Shown piece by piece: positions 39,091 through 51,551 of a DNA stretch of 64,000 nt. Within the stretch, counting starts at the first letter, position 1. Each line of letters starts with the position of its first letter. The notes beneath the pieces are model-generated. The model had not been told where the DNA came from and did no database searches. It worked only from the letters and a program-made list of their open reading frames with translations. Source of the stretch: Heptranchias perlo (Eukaryota); contig NC_090340.1 of the NCBI RefSeq assembly GCF_035084215.1, positions 4,464,001 to 4,528,000 on the forward strand, read 5' to 3'. The position numbers were made by a program, and so were the translations under genes.

Positions 39091-40775
39091 ATATTCTCTG
39101 CGGATCCAATCGATGTGATTGATGGCTCAGAAAACCGTGAATTGGACATAAGTTTACGGTCGAGGAAAAATTTTACTGACCGATATAGCATTGGCATAAA
39201 ACGCTATCAGGCATGAAATATGCAGCATCTGTTAAACACACGAAGACCGTCGTTTCATTCTGTTATGGAGGCCAAGCAAATAAACCAGGTTAATGCTGAG
39301 TTACAGCGGATATCTGATGGACTTTTAGCAGAAAATCTGCTAAAATGCAACAGAGACTCAAGGGAGCCTCGTAAGATGATTAGTCAGCCGCCTTTAAGTT
39401 ATTCTTATTTTCTTACGTCGGTTCATTTTGATAACGGAAATCGTAAGTTTTAGTTTATAGCTGATATTATTACCTGTTGGAAAAAAATGCCCATCAATTA
39501 ATTCAGCTAAAGGTAAGAAGTCACGTGACACGCGGCCCTCTGGCATTCCTTGCTGGAATCTTTGTCCTATATTGTTCATAGGAACTATCCCCATTATAGG
39601 TACAGGATCACTGGAGGTCACATTCCTCTTGGGCGGTATCCAAGGCGGGCGATAACGCACCCTGAATTCAATGGGGTAATTTTAACTTTGGGCGATGGTG
39701 TAAAATTAGGGATTCCTATGTTAGCCAGCGGTACCTGGAACTGCTATTTAAGTCGTTGCATTCATCTTTCACCTTTACTATGATCACTGGGGTATAATTC
39801 TGTCTTGGGCGCGGGACAGTTCAAAACTGGCTGCTGATTAGTAATCGTCCATTCTGCCCTATTATCCTTAACTGCTACCGCCAGTTAGTTGGGTAATGAC
39901 TTGCGGAATTCACTTATTCATAAGGAACTAATTCATCAAGTCCTTATAACTCAGCAAGTTCACTCCACGGTTCTTTTTTATGCTTCATGGCAGATAAACC
40001 TTTACTACTCCTGCCATTCAGGCCTCAAGTAAATATCATGTTCCCTTCAGGTCCAAGGGATGTTTATAGGTGGTTAAAGAGCACCAGAAAAGTTACTTGC
40101 TGTTCCTAGCCCAGATAACTCTTTTTGTTTATCAGCGTGACTTAATACAGACTTTCATCAATTCAAATAAGGATTTGGTGCTATTTTTGTGTTATTTACT
40201 TATTGGCCCCTTTCAGATGAACACAGTCTATTGATCCTGTTTCATCTCCCCAAAAACCCTGAAAATCCTACAATATGCTTAATCACAATCTATCTTTACT
40301 CCAGCTCTTGATTGATTTGAAGAGGCGTTAGGTTCTGCTTTAAAGGCCCCATGCCTTCAATGTGCAGTGTTATGATAGTTAAGCAACTTTTTTATGACTT
40401 CCTTTGCAAAGTCAGTGTAACGGTTGACCAGATCATCGGTAATCCTATTCAGTTTATCACAAACCACAATAACCAGATTCAAGAGTGCATGCAATATTCC
40501 GCTTGCAATTACGTGAACTTGCCCAATCGCAAATAGTGCAAAGACCAACAATCAGGCCAAGAAAATTGAAAAATGCTCTCTTTGTGCAGAACGTAACCAA
40601 TTGGTGATTGAAATTTTCCCAAAGATAACAATGGAATTGGAAAGCGAAAAGCCAACCTACGTATTCCCAACCACAGAATCAATTGTTATGTTAGTCTCAA
40701 ACTGACACCAGCACCATGTAATTGATCATCCCATGAAGGAATTAGAAAACACCACCATGAGTTAATTTTTTGCTA

Positions 40776-41222
40776 CATAGAATCATGCAGTATAGAGGCA
40801 GGCCATTCGGCCCATCATGCCTGTGGAGGCTCTTCGAAAGACAGGTCCAGTTAGTCCTATTCCCTTGGCTTTCCACATAGCCCTTCATTTTTTCCCTTTA
40901 AAAATATATATCCAGTTCCCTTTTGAAAGTTACAATTGAATCTATTTCCACCACCCTTTCAGGCAGTGTATTCCATAACAACTCACTCTGTAAAAAAAAT
41001 CTCCCAATCTGCACCCTGGTTACCGACTCTCCTCCAAGTGGAAACAATTTCTCCTTATTTATTCTACCAAAGCCCTTCATGATTGTGAACACCTCTATTA
41101 AATCACTCCTTAACCTTCTCAACTCTAAGGAGAACAATCCTAGCTTTTCTTGTCCGTCTAGATAAATTAAGTCCCTCATCCTTGTGTATCATTCTAGTAA
41201 ATCTCCTCTGCACCCTCTCCAC
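40776..41222 (-). mobile_element. CR1 LINE 3' end
   Basis: KLGLFSLELRRLRSDLIEVF; catagaatcat terminus. Confidence 0.8.
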
Positions 41223-41509
41223 CGTTGATACGCTAAGCTGATTTGTCGAAATCATCTATGAGGAGCAGTGGTGAATGACGATTTTGTTTCACCATATCAT
41301 CCGGAAATACACCAGGGTATGCCAGCATTCAGTAAAATTCAATTAATGAGAAGTTACAAGCGTAGACGCCTTTAGCGAATTCTTTTGTCCAAAAAAGATT
41401 AGCAAAGCACAACACAACTGCAACAGCAAGTATGTTCCATTCAACAATTGGAATTGCGACGCAGCGGCTATTTGCATGTAGACATATAATCAGTTCAAAT
41501 ATTTAATAA

Positions 41510-41720
41510 ACGCAAAATACTGCTGATACTGGAACTCTGAAATAAAAACAGAAAATGCTGGAAACACTCAGCAGGTCAGGCAGCATCTGTGGAGAGAAAA
41601 ACAGAGTTAACGTTAACTCTGATGAAAGGTCATCGACCTGATACTTTAACCCGGTGCCTCTCTCTACCGGTGTAGCCTGACGTGCTTGGTGTTTACAGTA
41701 TTTTCTGTTTTTATTTCAAG
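41510..41720. mobile_element. Penelope-like inverted pLTR remnant with degenerate hammerhead core
   Basis: Imperfect inverted arms (gaaataaaaacagaaaat / attttctgtttttatttc); plus-strand ctgatga-aaggtcatcgacct-gatac at 41619-41644. Confidence 0.6.
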
Positions 41721-42289
41721 GATTTAATATCTTAGAGTAATAAGCCAACGTCGTAAAGCTACAGCAGAGGGCCACCCTCAAGCTCAACACCAAAGGATGT
41801 AGGTTATTGACAGAGCGACGCAGTCTTACTACCAACCTCCAGATAAAAACTCTCTAGCTTTATAGCATTTATTTTGCAATTATGTTTGGCAATCAGGCAA
41901 CCAGCGACCATGCACTTCCCCATCACCATCTATGGTGGCAGGGCCTGTGTGTAATGTTCAGCCAAAAGTGCGAAGTGGACAATTCAACACAGTCTCCCTC
42001 TGACGTCTCTACCGTCCATGCAATTCGATTCAATCGAAGTAACAATAAGAAGCAACGGAGTGCATTGGATACCGGGAACTCGAAGGCAGGATCATTGCTC
42101 TCGTGCTGAAGACCGGCACTCCAAAATTAGCCACCTGTTTCCCTAGGTAAGCTGCTATAGTACAACTATGACACTGGCATCTATCCAAAATTGTGGAACA
42201 TTGTTCATTGTACTAACCAAAAGATAAACCCTAGCAAAAATCTAATCCAGACAATTACAAGTCCATCAGCCTCCTTCCAATTATCAACA

Positions 42290-43380
42290 GTGATGGAACA
42301 AGTCATTAATTGTGACATCATGTTACATGTACACACGGATATCGTGCGCGCTCTGCCTCCAATAGGGCCGCCAGAATCACTGAGCTCCAGACCTCTTGTT
42401 AGCCTTATTCCGGGCATACAAGAACTGAACGGCTTCAGAGAAGTGAAATCAGCTGCCCTGAACAGCAAAGCACCATTCCAATGCGTATGGCTTCAAGAAG
42501 TGACAGCAAACTAAAGGCTAGTATAGTCAAGGCAACATGCTTTAGTAGTTGGGCATTAAAGAAGAGGATCCCAGTTGTTGTAGATCAATCATCACAGCCC
42601 CAAAACATCCTTACAGAAGCATCCTCAGCGTAACAATCTTTAGCTGCTCCACCATCAGATCACGAGTGCGGCTGAATATTATACAGTGTTCAGCTCAAAT
42701 GACAACACCTTAGTTAATGAATCACCCCATAGCAGTAGAGCTTTCAAAAGAGGATTGGATATATATTTGAAAAGGATAGAAATTGCATGACTATGGGAAA
42801 AGTACAGGCGACTAAGGTTAAATGCATAGCTCTTCAGAAGAGCCGACATAAGCACGGTGAGCAGAATGATCTTTTACTGTGCTGCATGATTCTATCATGA
42901 TTCTCTGATACAATCCATTAAAGGACAACATTCATTCTGAGGTAACATTCTTGCCACAGAAATGCCAAGCAATGACCAGCTCAATGTCTAAGGAAAAGCA
43001 GATCCACTTCCCTTGAGCTTGAACCTCACCCTCTACATTCTAGGCATTAACAACTTCCTCGAAACTTAACTGAACCTGTCATATGAACAACTGTGGCTAC
43101 TAGAGCAGGGCAGAAGCTGGGAGCTTTGCAACGATTGGTTCACCTATCTAACTGTGAGCCGCTTTATGCCATCCACAAGGCTCAAGTTTGGAATTTGAAA
43201 CCATGCACATTATTCAACAGATGGGTACATCTGAAGATGCAAGGATCTCCGCACTACCAAGAGCACTGAATTCTGCTTGATCCCTGCCTTTGCCACATGA
43301 ATTAAATAAAAACGTCCTCTCCGCCACTGGTGCACCATGGGTTCAGTAAGTACTATTTACATGATGCACTGTAATAATCA
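42290..43380 (+). mobile_element. Highly decayed LINE family B with a nested CR1 3' end (about 42735-42905)
   Basis: Residual similarity to the better-preserved family B copies at 18 kb and 62 kb. Confidence 0.5.
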
Positions 43381-44156
43381 ATTCATCTACAATAGACTCA
43401 GAAATGACACGGGAAAAAAACCTACTGATGGAGAGCTTAGCTAAGCATTGGTCTAAAGTCACCTTGTTCCTCCCAAGAATGCTACACTTACCAGATGTCA
43501 TGTCTCAAATTACTCATATGCTGACGTTCTTCGATTAATCGAATTTGTACGAAATAGGGTTGATGTAATTTAGTGCTAACTGTTATATAGGCAACAGATC
43601 ACCTTGTCTTATCTATTTCGTGTCTTACCAGTAATACGACGTGGCTTTTATAGGAAAGAACCCAGTACACAACGGTGTTGCTATCAGAAAGGGTTGAACT
43701 GAATTATTTCGCTAAAGATTTTAAACGATTTATTAATGTCTGATTTAATATAAGTGGCAAAGGAATGTCATACATCAGGAAAGGATTTGAAGGCAGAAAC
43801 AAATTGGGTGAAGTGAATGCCATACACTGTGAAAAGTGATAAGTCAAGGTTGACGGAAAACAAAACATTGAAATACCAGAACGTCATTTTAATCATTGGA
43901 GAATGCAGCTTTGTTAAACATTAAGCAATTGATTACAAAAGGAAGGAATAAAATTCGAAGTGACTTTTTCAAGAAATCAACTGTATTAATATTTTAAGTC
44001 TTGACCACTTGATTCATTTGATGCATTTGTCTTTTAAAACTTGTTGCTCTTGAAAGTATGATGGCAGAATTTCAACGGAAATGGTTACAGTTGCAACAGC
44101 AAAGGCAAGCGCAAGCAATTTGTACGAATATAATGGTCTCTGAATAGGTGAACAAA

Positions 44157-44330
44157 TTATGTGATTTTTGTTTCGGTGTAGATGGTCTTTGCTGTTCCTC
44201 TTTGGGCTTCTATTGGTAACTGCGCATAGACTGAACTATTGACCTTTCGTTTAGGCTTTTCTGTTTTCTTGGATTCAGCCAATTCCAGCGCAGCGTATGT
44301 CAGATTGTTCTCTGCTGTCCCTTGCTTTGT
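44157..44330 (-). CDS. Gene B terminal cytoplasmic exon with ITIMs LTYAAL and SVYAQL
   Basis: TKQGTAENNLTYAALELAESKKTEKPKRKVNSSVYAQLPIEAQRGTAKTIYTETKIT*; acceptor ttttacag|; phase 0; AATAAA on minus at 43729-43734. Confidence 0.9.
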   Translation of the reverse strand, partial: TKQGTAENNLTYAALELAESKKTEKPKRKVNSSVYAQLPIEAQRGTAKTIYTETKIT

Positions 44331-44497
44331 CTGTAAAACGATCGTTAGGGAATACCATCAGTACATGGCCAGTGTTATGAGTCAAAGTAACAATCACAAG
44401 TAAGAAAGCCAACACGGAATGCGATTTAAATATACCAGATTAGCAAAACAATATAGTGACTCCGCTACCAGGGTGACCCGTTTTTTATGTTGCCTAC

Positions 44498-44599
44498 CTG
44501 GGCATACACAGTCCTCTCCTCTTGATACTTGGCTCTTGCAGTTTTCATTGACCTGGTCAAATTTAATACAGCGTAAGGCGCTGTCTCATTCGCCGATCC
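44498..44599 (-). CDS. Gene B cytoplasmic exon 2 (GSANETAPYAVLNLTRSMKTARAKYQEERTVYAQ)
   Basis: tgtgcag| ... |gtaggc; 102 nt, phase 0-0, open frame, paralogous to the terminal exon. Confidence 0.85.
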
Positions 44600-45244
44600 C
44601 TGCACAGATCGCAAAGTAATGCATATTATATAGTTTATTCATTACATTTGTGACATTGTAGCTTATTGATTACTCATTGAACCCAACGGTCAGTAGTACT
44701 AAATCCGGAGATGGAAAGTGAAACATTAAAGCAAGTTTTTACTCTTTCAATAATATAATAGGATATAATTAAGGCACCATATATAATAATTTACTCTCAC
44801 GATGTGGACTACGGTCATGTTATAACTAAAGTTGTTACACAAGTTACAATTTAGTAATTGCTACGTGTGATAGCACATAGGCCTAATGAAACCTAAATAC
44901 TTTGAGGCGCATGTACCCGCGAGTTTATAGTTTACTTGTATGTTGTTGCTAATAACTACATCAGCATTATAGTATGTACATCATGTCTTTCGGAAACGAT
45001 TTCAAAATGTAGCAAACTAGATTTAATACATGTAAGAGATAAATTGAATTTAGACTTTTCTCGCTGAAATATGAAAGAAACAATAATTCTGTATTTTAAA
45101 TGGTCTGATGGTTTCTATTCAGTAGCGAAATAACGAATTTCAGTCCAGCGGATTAATCGTACGAAGAAAGTATTTCATGCTTAACCTCACTACCCATTTT
45201 CACTTTACACGTCAAACGCGGTAGAATGAATGATAAGAACCTAC

Positions 45245-45288
45245 CGGAACTTTGGGGTGCTGTGGTCGCTCCATGACATCCCTTGTTC
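45245..45288 (-). CDS. Gene B cytoplasmic exon 1 (GTRDVMERPQHPKVP)
   Basis: ttaccag| ... |gtaggt; 44 nt, phase 1-0, exactly the phase needed to join the TM and cyto-2 exons. Confidence 0.7.
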
Positions 45289-45849
45289 CTGGTAATGAAT
45301 GGCATTGGAGATTTCCTCATCAATTATTTGATATATCATTCTCCATGATTCCAAATCCATTTCAGGCAGGCTTAATGGACAGTCCAACTTTATGCTCAGT
45401 AACACAACCTAAAACTTCCTCGATACCTAAATCTATTCAATGTTCACTCTCAAATACCCATCCCCCGATTTCGTGAAATTACTGGGTCTTAATCGAATCT
45501 GATCCCACGGGGTCTAGAGCCTTCCTATTTTGACGCGTAATAAACTTAATGTTTGAGCCTAGAGGATGAGTCTTATCAGTTTACTTGACGGGAAAACGCA
45601 CCACATCAGGTCCAGCCGTCCACTCACTTCCACACAGGTAATATACCTGCAGAAATAGGTCACAGCACTTTGATCCGAAACAATACCCATTGTCCTATCC
45701 TCTGTTAAGAGGTAAAAGGCGATTCGACCGCCTCATCGCTTTGGGACAGATTATTAAATTCAGCGCATAAAATCTGCTGACCCATCTCCCTGGCTTCTAT
45801 CACCAGTAGCGCACCACGCCATCCATTTACACTAGAGAAGAAATAACTC

Positions 45850-46274
45850 ATATTTAAACAGCGCCCTCCACTGCGCTAAAACGTCCCAAACAGATTCACA
45901 GCCAATGAAGTGCTTTTGAAGTGCAGTCACTGTTGTAATGCAGGAAACGCGAGAGCTGATTAGGTACAGCAAGTTTCCACACACAGCAATGTGATCAATA
46001 GGGAATTAAACTGTTTTACTGATGTAGATTGGGGGGTAAATGTTTGGCAGGATACCGAGGGACCTTTCTTCTTCTTTCGTAAATAGTGTCATGAGATTTA
46101 TTACTTCAACCTCATAGAGCAAACGGAGTCTCGGGTTAATGTCTCATCCGAAAGCAGTCCGTCAGTGTTGCACTGGGGAGTGGGCCTAGTTAATGTGTTC
46201 ATGTCTCTGAAGAGGAACTTGAACCCACGGCCTCGGACTATGAGATGAGAGTGCTACCGCTGAGCCAAGGCTGA
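45850..46274 (-). mobile_element. Deu-domain SINE in a gene B intron
   Basis: tRNA head (minus: tcagccttggctcagcggtagcactctc), Deu-like gttaatgtctcatccgaaag, L2-like tail. Confidence 0.65.
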
Positions 46275-46369
46275 AAGCAATTTATTTTATCGCCTCCCGA
46301 GGCATCTTCACTTGATCAAGAATATACTGAAGGACACGTGGAACTGATGTTAACTGGATTCTTTCCTAC

Positions 46370-46483
46370 CTTTGCACTTGATCAATGGACATTGCTTCCC
46401 AATGATTATCACGAGAAATACAACTAAGATGCCAACTCCTGCGGATCCATAGACTTGTATGTACCATAATACATTGTCACCTC
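46370..46483 (-). CDS. Gene B transmembrane exon (GGDNVLWYIQVYGSAGVGILVVFLVIIIGKQCPLIKCK)
   Basis: ttttgcag| ... |gtagga; phase 1-1; uncharged hydrophobic span. Confidence 0.9.
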
Positions 46484-47779
46484 CTGCAAAATAAATGTCA
46501 CTTATAACATTTCAAGTTGTACATTGTGACAAAGTGTTCTGCAGTCCCACAGATCAATATCTCTTACCAACCCTATGAACAGCTATTTCAATGTGTTGGT
46601 GTCCCACAGCATGAGGAGACAATTAAAACATTTAATGAGTCATTTTCTCCGTTCTTTAAATGGCAATTTTATTAAAAATTCAGAGTTTTTAGTTACCTCC
46701 ATTCGGTCTCTGTGCATTGCGGAATACGCTGTGTTCACAATGACACGGATAACAATTGGCAATTCTAATTTTAGGTGTTGTTTGGACGAAGCGACAGTTT
46801 ATTTCAGGCATGTATGTGCAGTCATATTAACCTTCTTATATTTCCTTTTCCATTTTCAGTCGTTACCTTTATTTAAACTATTTAAGCGAACTTTTCTATT
46901 GCGTGAAGCGTAACAGTTTACCACAACCCACCAACTCCCCCCACCCCCCCACCCCCCACACCCCCCACCGACCAAACATTATTCAAGACGATTATGGCTG
47001 GTTTAAAATACTTATATCACTTGTTACATTATCCCAGTTAAAAATGAGTTCGATATGGAGGGTGATTCTAGATCGGTCGCCAATTGTTAGTGAACCAGTT
47101 GGGCTGATGAGAAATTCGGCCAGCTTCATGGTTACTTTTACTGAAAGCAGCATTTTGTTTCCAGATTTTTCTTTCAACTGCCGTCCAATTCTCAAACTAC
47201 CATGCCGAGATCATTAGTCCATGCTCTGGATTTCTGTTCCAGTAACATAACAATTATACTACCGTACCTCTGCTCTCCATTGAATAAAGTACAGTACAAA
47301 GACCCATTCGCCAACAGGCCTGGAACTGTCCCATTCATCCATGTCCTTGTTCCTCTGAAGAGTTCTAACCCATCAATGCACTTTTAACGGACTGTGGACG
47401 GAATTGCGCAAATGCCACATACCGTCCATGACTTTAACTATCAGTCTTGGCTCAGTGGCAGCACTCTCGCCTCTGAGTCGGAAAGTCATGAGTTGAAGTC
47501 CTGCTCCAGAGCCGTCTGAACATCATTGGACCTATATCGTCGCTGGGTCATAATGCTCGAAACTCTACCTTACAGCATTGTGGAAGCAGTTTCACCACAT
47601 GGACTCCAGCGGTTCAAGAAGAAGGCCCACCCCCACATTCTCAACGGTAACTAGGGATTGGCGATAAATCAAGGCCTTGCCAGAGACGCCAATATCCCGA
47701 GAATGAATTGAAAAAATCTAAGCTGGAACTTCCATTTAGTTAGAAGATGTTGTTTGCATTTGTGAGAATTGGTTCTTAC

Positions 47780-48088
47780 CTCCAGTACTGGTAGAAAAGA
47801 ATCGGAAGTCGGCTGCCGTTTGGACGGTGAGGTGAGATACCTGGCAGGTAAAAATAGTCCCACTCTCCACAGAGTCTGCCTCTTCCAAAAAGCTGGACAC
47901 TTCATAGAGACCTCTTGCATTCAGCTGTTTGACTGTGTTTATGCCGGTGTCAATGTTCACACCATCCTTGTACCAAGTAATATTGATATTATCTGGGTAA
48001 AACTCCGCAGTTTTACACACAACAATCAGAGAAGCAGATGTGTTCCTTTCAGCCTCATTGGCGGCAATATGCAGTGGGGTTGGGGGAA
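47780..48088 (-). CDS. Gene B C1-set Ig domain exon
   Basis: VCKTAEFYPDNINITWYKDG...GLYEVSSFL...FTCQVSH; ctatacag| ... |gtaag; phase 1-1; 309 nt. Confidence 0.93.
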
Positions 48089-48230
48089 CTGTATAGCAAG
48101 TTACAGAAGAGGTTAGTACCTACTAGGATCTTTCGGAACGTCGGAAGTTATTCTATTTCTACTAGATCATAGTCATTGCGATATTAATAATTTATACACA
48201 TCAAATGGCATGTTCATTTATGGAAACGTT

Positions 48231-48310
48231 GGGTGAATTTTCAACTTTCTGTCTGGGTGGAATGCAGGCGAAGCGGATCAATCACTCGGCGTCGAGTTGA
48301 AAATCTACCC
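48231..48310. mobile_element. Tiny MITE-like element with 15-bp TIRs (gggtgaattttcaac / gttgaaaatctaccc)
   Basis: Inverted termini visible; related GGGGTA-type ends recur near 30187, 31190 and 39673. Confidence 0.5.
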
Positions 48311-49498
48311 CATTAACTTACAGAATACAATTTCTAACGAGACACTGGCAAGCTAAGCAATGATACCTTATATATCAATGCTCGAAAAAATATAGATGGA
48401 CGATAGAAATGTATGGAGGGTCATGAAATCACTGTAACAAATACATCTCTCAACATAACTCGCAATTAAGAACAAGTAAAAAGGGGTTCAATTGTTAATA
48501 TGGTTTGCAGTAGTTCGCATTTTGACGTTCTAACTTTTTAATTTTAAAGAATGATCGATTCACGATCAAATTGCTTTAATACTGTATATATTAAAAAAAC
48601 AGATTGAAAACCATTCATCTCAACTGGAATATTTTGAAAAGTTGTCAGAAGTTTAGTAACTTCCGAGGCAGTTTTAGAACGTTAGAGAGGATTTTGAAGT
48701 AGTTATTGGGAACAGTTTTGGAAAGGTTAAGTTGAAATACAGCTAAAGGTAGTTGAACAAGAGAGGTAAAAGAAGAACATAAGCTGGAAGAAAGGGAAAG
48801 CTGTACATAATAGACAAACAGGAAAGGTGCGGGGGACTCGTCGTAGAGGGACCCAATGATTAAACCAGAATGCTGCAGAGTGAGAGATATAACGCTTTGA
48901 ATTCAACAGTTAACTTGTCACCTAAGCATACATGTTATTCGTCATGTTCTCAGTCAAGAGTCAGGTTTAATAGTGAACGTCTACCAGTCGTCCTCCCTAA
49001 AATACATTCTACTCAGTTAAACCCAGCAAATGATGTTCCATCGTCGTAGTGAAATGAGATTTATTGCGCTCCGTGTGTTGATTTAAATATTGTTTATCTA
49101 TGCTAATATCAATAATGTATTTGTAACGATATTAATGTATCAGTAATGTTGAACCTCATATTCGTTACAAGTTGCATCTTAGTAGAAGCAATTAAATAAA
49201 ATCATCAATGGCAAATATGTGTCACGATCAGTCCTTGGTAGCATTATATTTAAATGTCACTTTACTGAACGTTATATTGCAGTGCTGTCCATTCCAAAAT
49301 GTTAATTAATTCGGAACGTCTGTACATGAAGCAAGGCATTGAATAAGAATTTAAATGTAACTTCCAAAAGAAACAATGCAAACTCGTGGATGCCTCACAC
49401 GTGGATCATGATAAAATATTAAAAAGCAGCCGGTACCGTTTTTTATTTTGTTCGCTTTCCAAGTTTGTGAAATAATTTCAGGTACAAATTCCACTTAC

Positions 49499-49819
49499 CG
49501 TGGATAAGAAGTTTTGATCCAGTTCCATTAGCAATCCGACCACCCGGATATTTCACTCCGCAGTGATAAACTCCAGAGTCCTCAGCACTGACATTCAGGA
49601 ACTGAAGACAGGCCTCACCTTTCTTCAAATGAATAAATCGTTTTCTGCTGTTTGAACCTAACTTTAGAAACTCATTTTCGCCGAGTTTCCACCAGTAAAC
49701 ACTCACATTTGAATTATCTTGAAAAAGAGGGAACTCACATTGAAAAGTAATGTTTCCACCTGCGATCACCTGAGCACTTTCAGGGGCTTGGAACGCTCTG
49801 ATCTGCGCATCTGCAACAG
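49499..49819 (-). CDS. Gene B V-set domain exon with germline J-like end (NGTGSKLLIH)
   Basis: AFQAP...ITFQC...VYWW...EDSGVYHC...GTGSKLLI; ttctcacag| ... |gtaagt; phase 1-1; 321 nt. Confidence 0.93.
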
Positions 49820-50249
49820 CTGTGAGAAAACAAATGCAGCAACAATTATATATATCGCACACACACTGCTTGCGGACAATAATTATCAACCTTTGGTAGT
49901 AAGAAGCATTTGCAGATGATTCAATGTAATCTTTGAGGCAACAATGTATGATATGACAAGCCTTAGCTGTGCTGTCTGTAATTAGTTGATTTTACTCAGT
50001 GAAATCCGTAGCATTTATTGTGCCTTATTTTCCAATTTCTATTTTCAAAGTAACCTGATATGTAGCGCAGACCACACCTGTAAATGTAAGTTGTACATGC
50101 CTTCTCTGACAGATGTTGAAGGTCAGATGGATCAAACATGGAGCAGATCAACTGAGATTTGGCTGATACAAAGCAGGGATTAGGTTCTTGAGGTAACTCC
50201 GGGACGAAAGGACTTCATTGAAAGATTTTTCTTGTATTATGTTCATGTG

Positions 50250-51450
50250 CCCTGGCAATACATACGATCACCATATTCACTTTGACAATAGTCTCGTGGC
50301 ACTGATCATAAATTATGGACTATAACCCTCACGTCTTTCTCCCACGAAATATCCTTGAGCATACCAGCCGGCATCGTGCATAAATGGGGTTGTCTCTATC
50401 CAAGTGCATGTCGCTATATGCGTCCATATTAAAATATATCTACCAGACACGATTCATTATTTCATTGAATCCAATTTGGTCTGCAGTCGAATTTAATTTT
50501 ATCTAAGTTCCTTATATCCGCACATATGTTCGTGCAAACTATATATTTGCATATAGCTTCCATTATGCCTCTGCCCAAATAGTGGATACATAATGCAATG
50601 GTCCTTGCATTAAGCCATTAATAACTCTCTTCTGTGCCCTGAATGTAACAACCCAATCAAAATCCGCTTGCTGATCCTCCAAGATCCAACCTGCGTTAGT
50701 AGCCTTTTATGCAGAATTCTAGCAAACTATTTTAAAAAGTTTAAATTCACAATATCAAAATGGCTTCTATCACCTTCCAAATTTGTAAATTATTGGAAAA
50801 ATGCAAGCAAGTTGTTGAGACAGAACCTTCTTTTTCAGAAGACATGCCTAGATTCCCTAACAAACCATTCTCTTTTAATGTGATAGTACAGCGCATATCT
50901 AATGATCCTATAGTTTCGAGGTTCTCACTTTGTGCGATTTGACATAGAGGTACGACATGGCCCCTCACGGATCCATGGGAACAATCCCACACAGGAAAGA
51001 ACTGTTAGGTATGTGTGCAAATGGCTAATATAACATCATCCACATTTATTGGAACACACTCGGGTGAATGCCTTCAGGGCCAGCATAGCGATCAGATTTA
51101 CCACACTAATTGCAGCAAGGACTGCATCCGTATGCAGATCAACAGGTTCAATTTTAACATCAGCCTCATGTTTTATTATTGGTAAAACGGCATCAGTGTC
51201 AGCAGGGAAGACAAATGCAAAATAACCTTTTAAAACCCCTGTCAGATGCTAAGACCCTGCTGAATCTGCCCAGGCGATCGTTCAATTGCCTTGTCCATTC
51301 TTTGATGAGCCTATGATGTTTAACATAGCTGAAAAAGAACTTGCTTTGCTACCACGACTTTTCACTATATTTTTACTAGTGTCCTTGTGGCTACTCATTC
51401 AGCAACTTGTATTTTCCCTAATGCCCGAACCTCGGGGCTTACATAATCTT
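50250..51450 (-). mobile_element. Ancient CR1-like RT remnant in gene B intron 1
   Basis: Minus strand near 50700-50850 resembles RSCLxNLL...DIVxLxF...HKRLL. Confidence 0.5.
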
Positions 51451-51551
51451 GGATTTGTGAACGAAAAAAAAAACAATAATAACAAGAAACAACTAAAAAA
51501 CATACCATAAAACACAAGAGATGAATAGAAATGTAGAACACAGGGAAATAC

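Noticed and set aside
45582-45646. Alternative gene B cytoplasmic exon after ttctgcag
   Set aside because: It has an in-frame stop in phase 1 or the wrong exit phase; 45245-45288 fits both phases.
34019-49889. Calling the genes Ig light chain or TCR clusters
   Set aside because: V and J are in one exon without the F/W-G-x-G motif, and C1 is followed by TM and signalling-tail exons unlike IgL or TCR.
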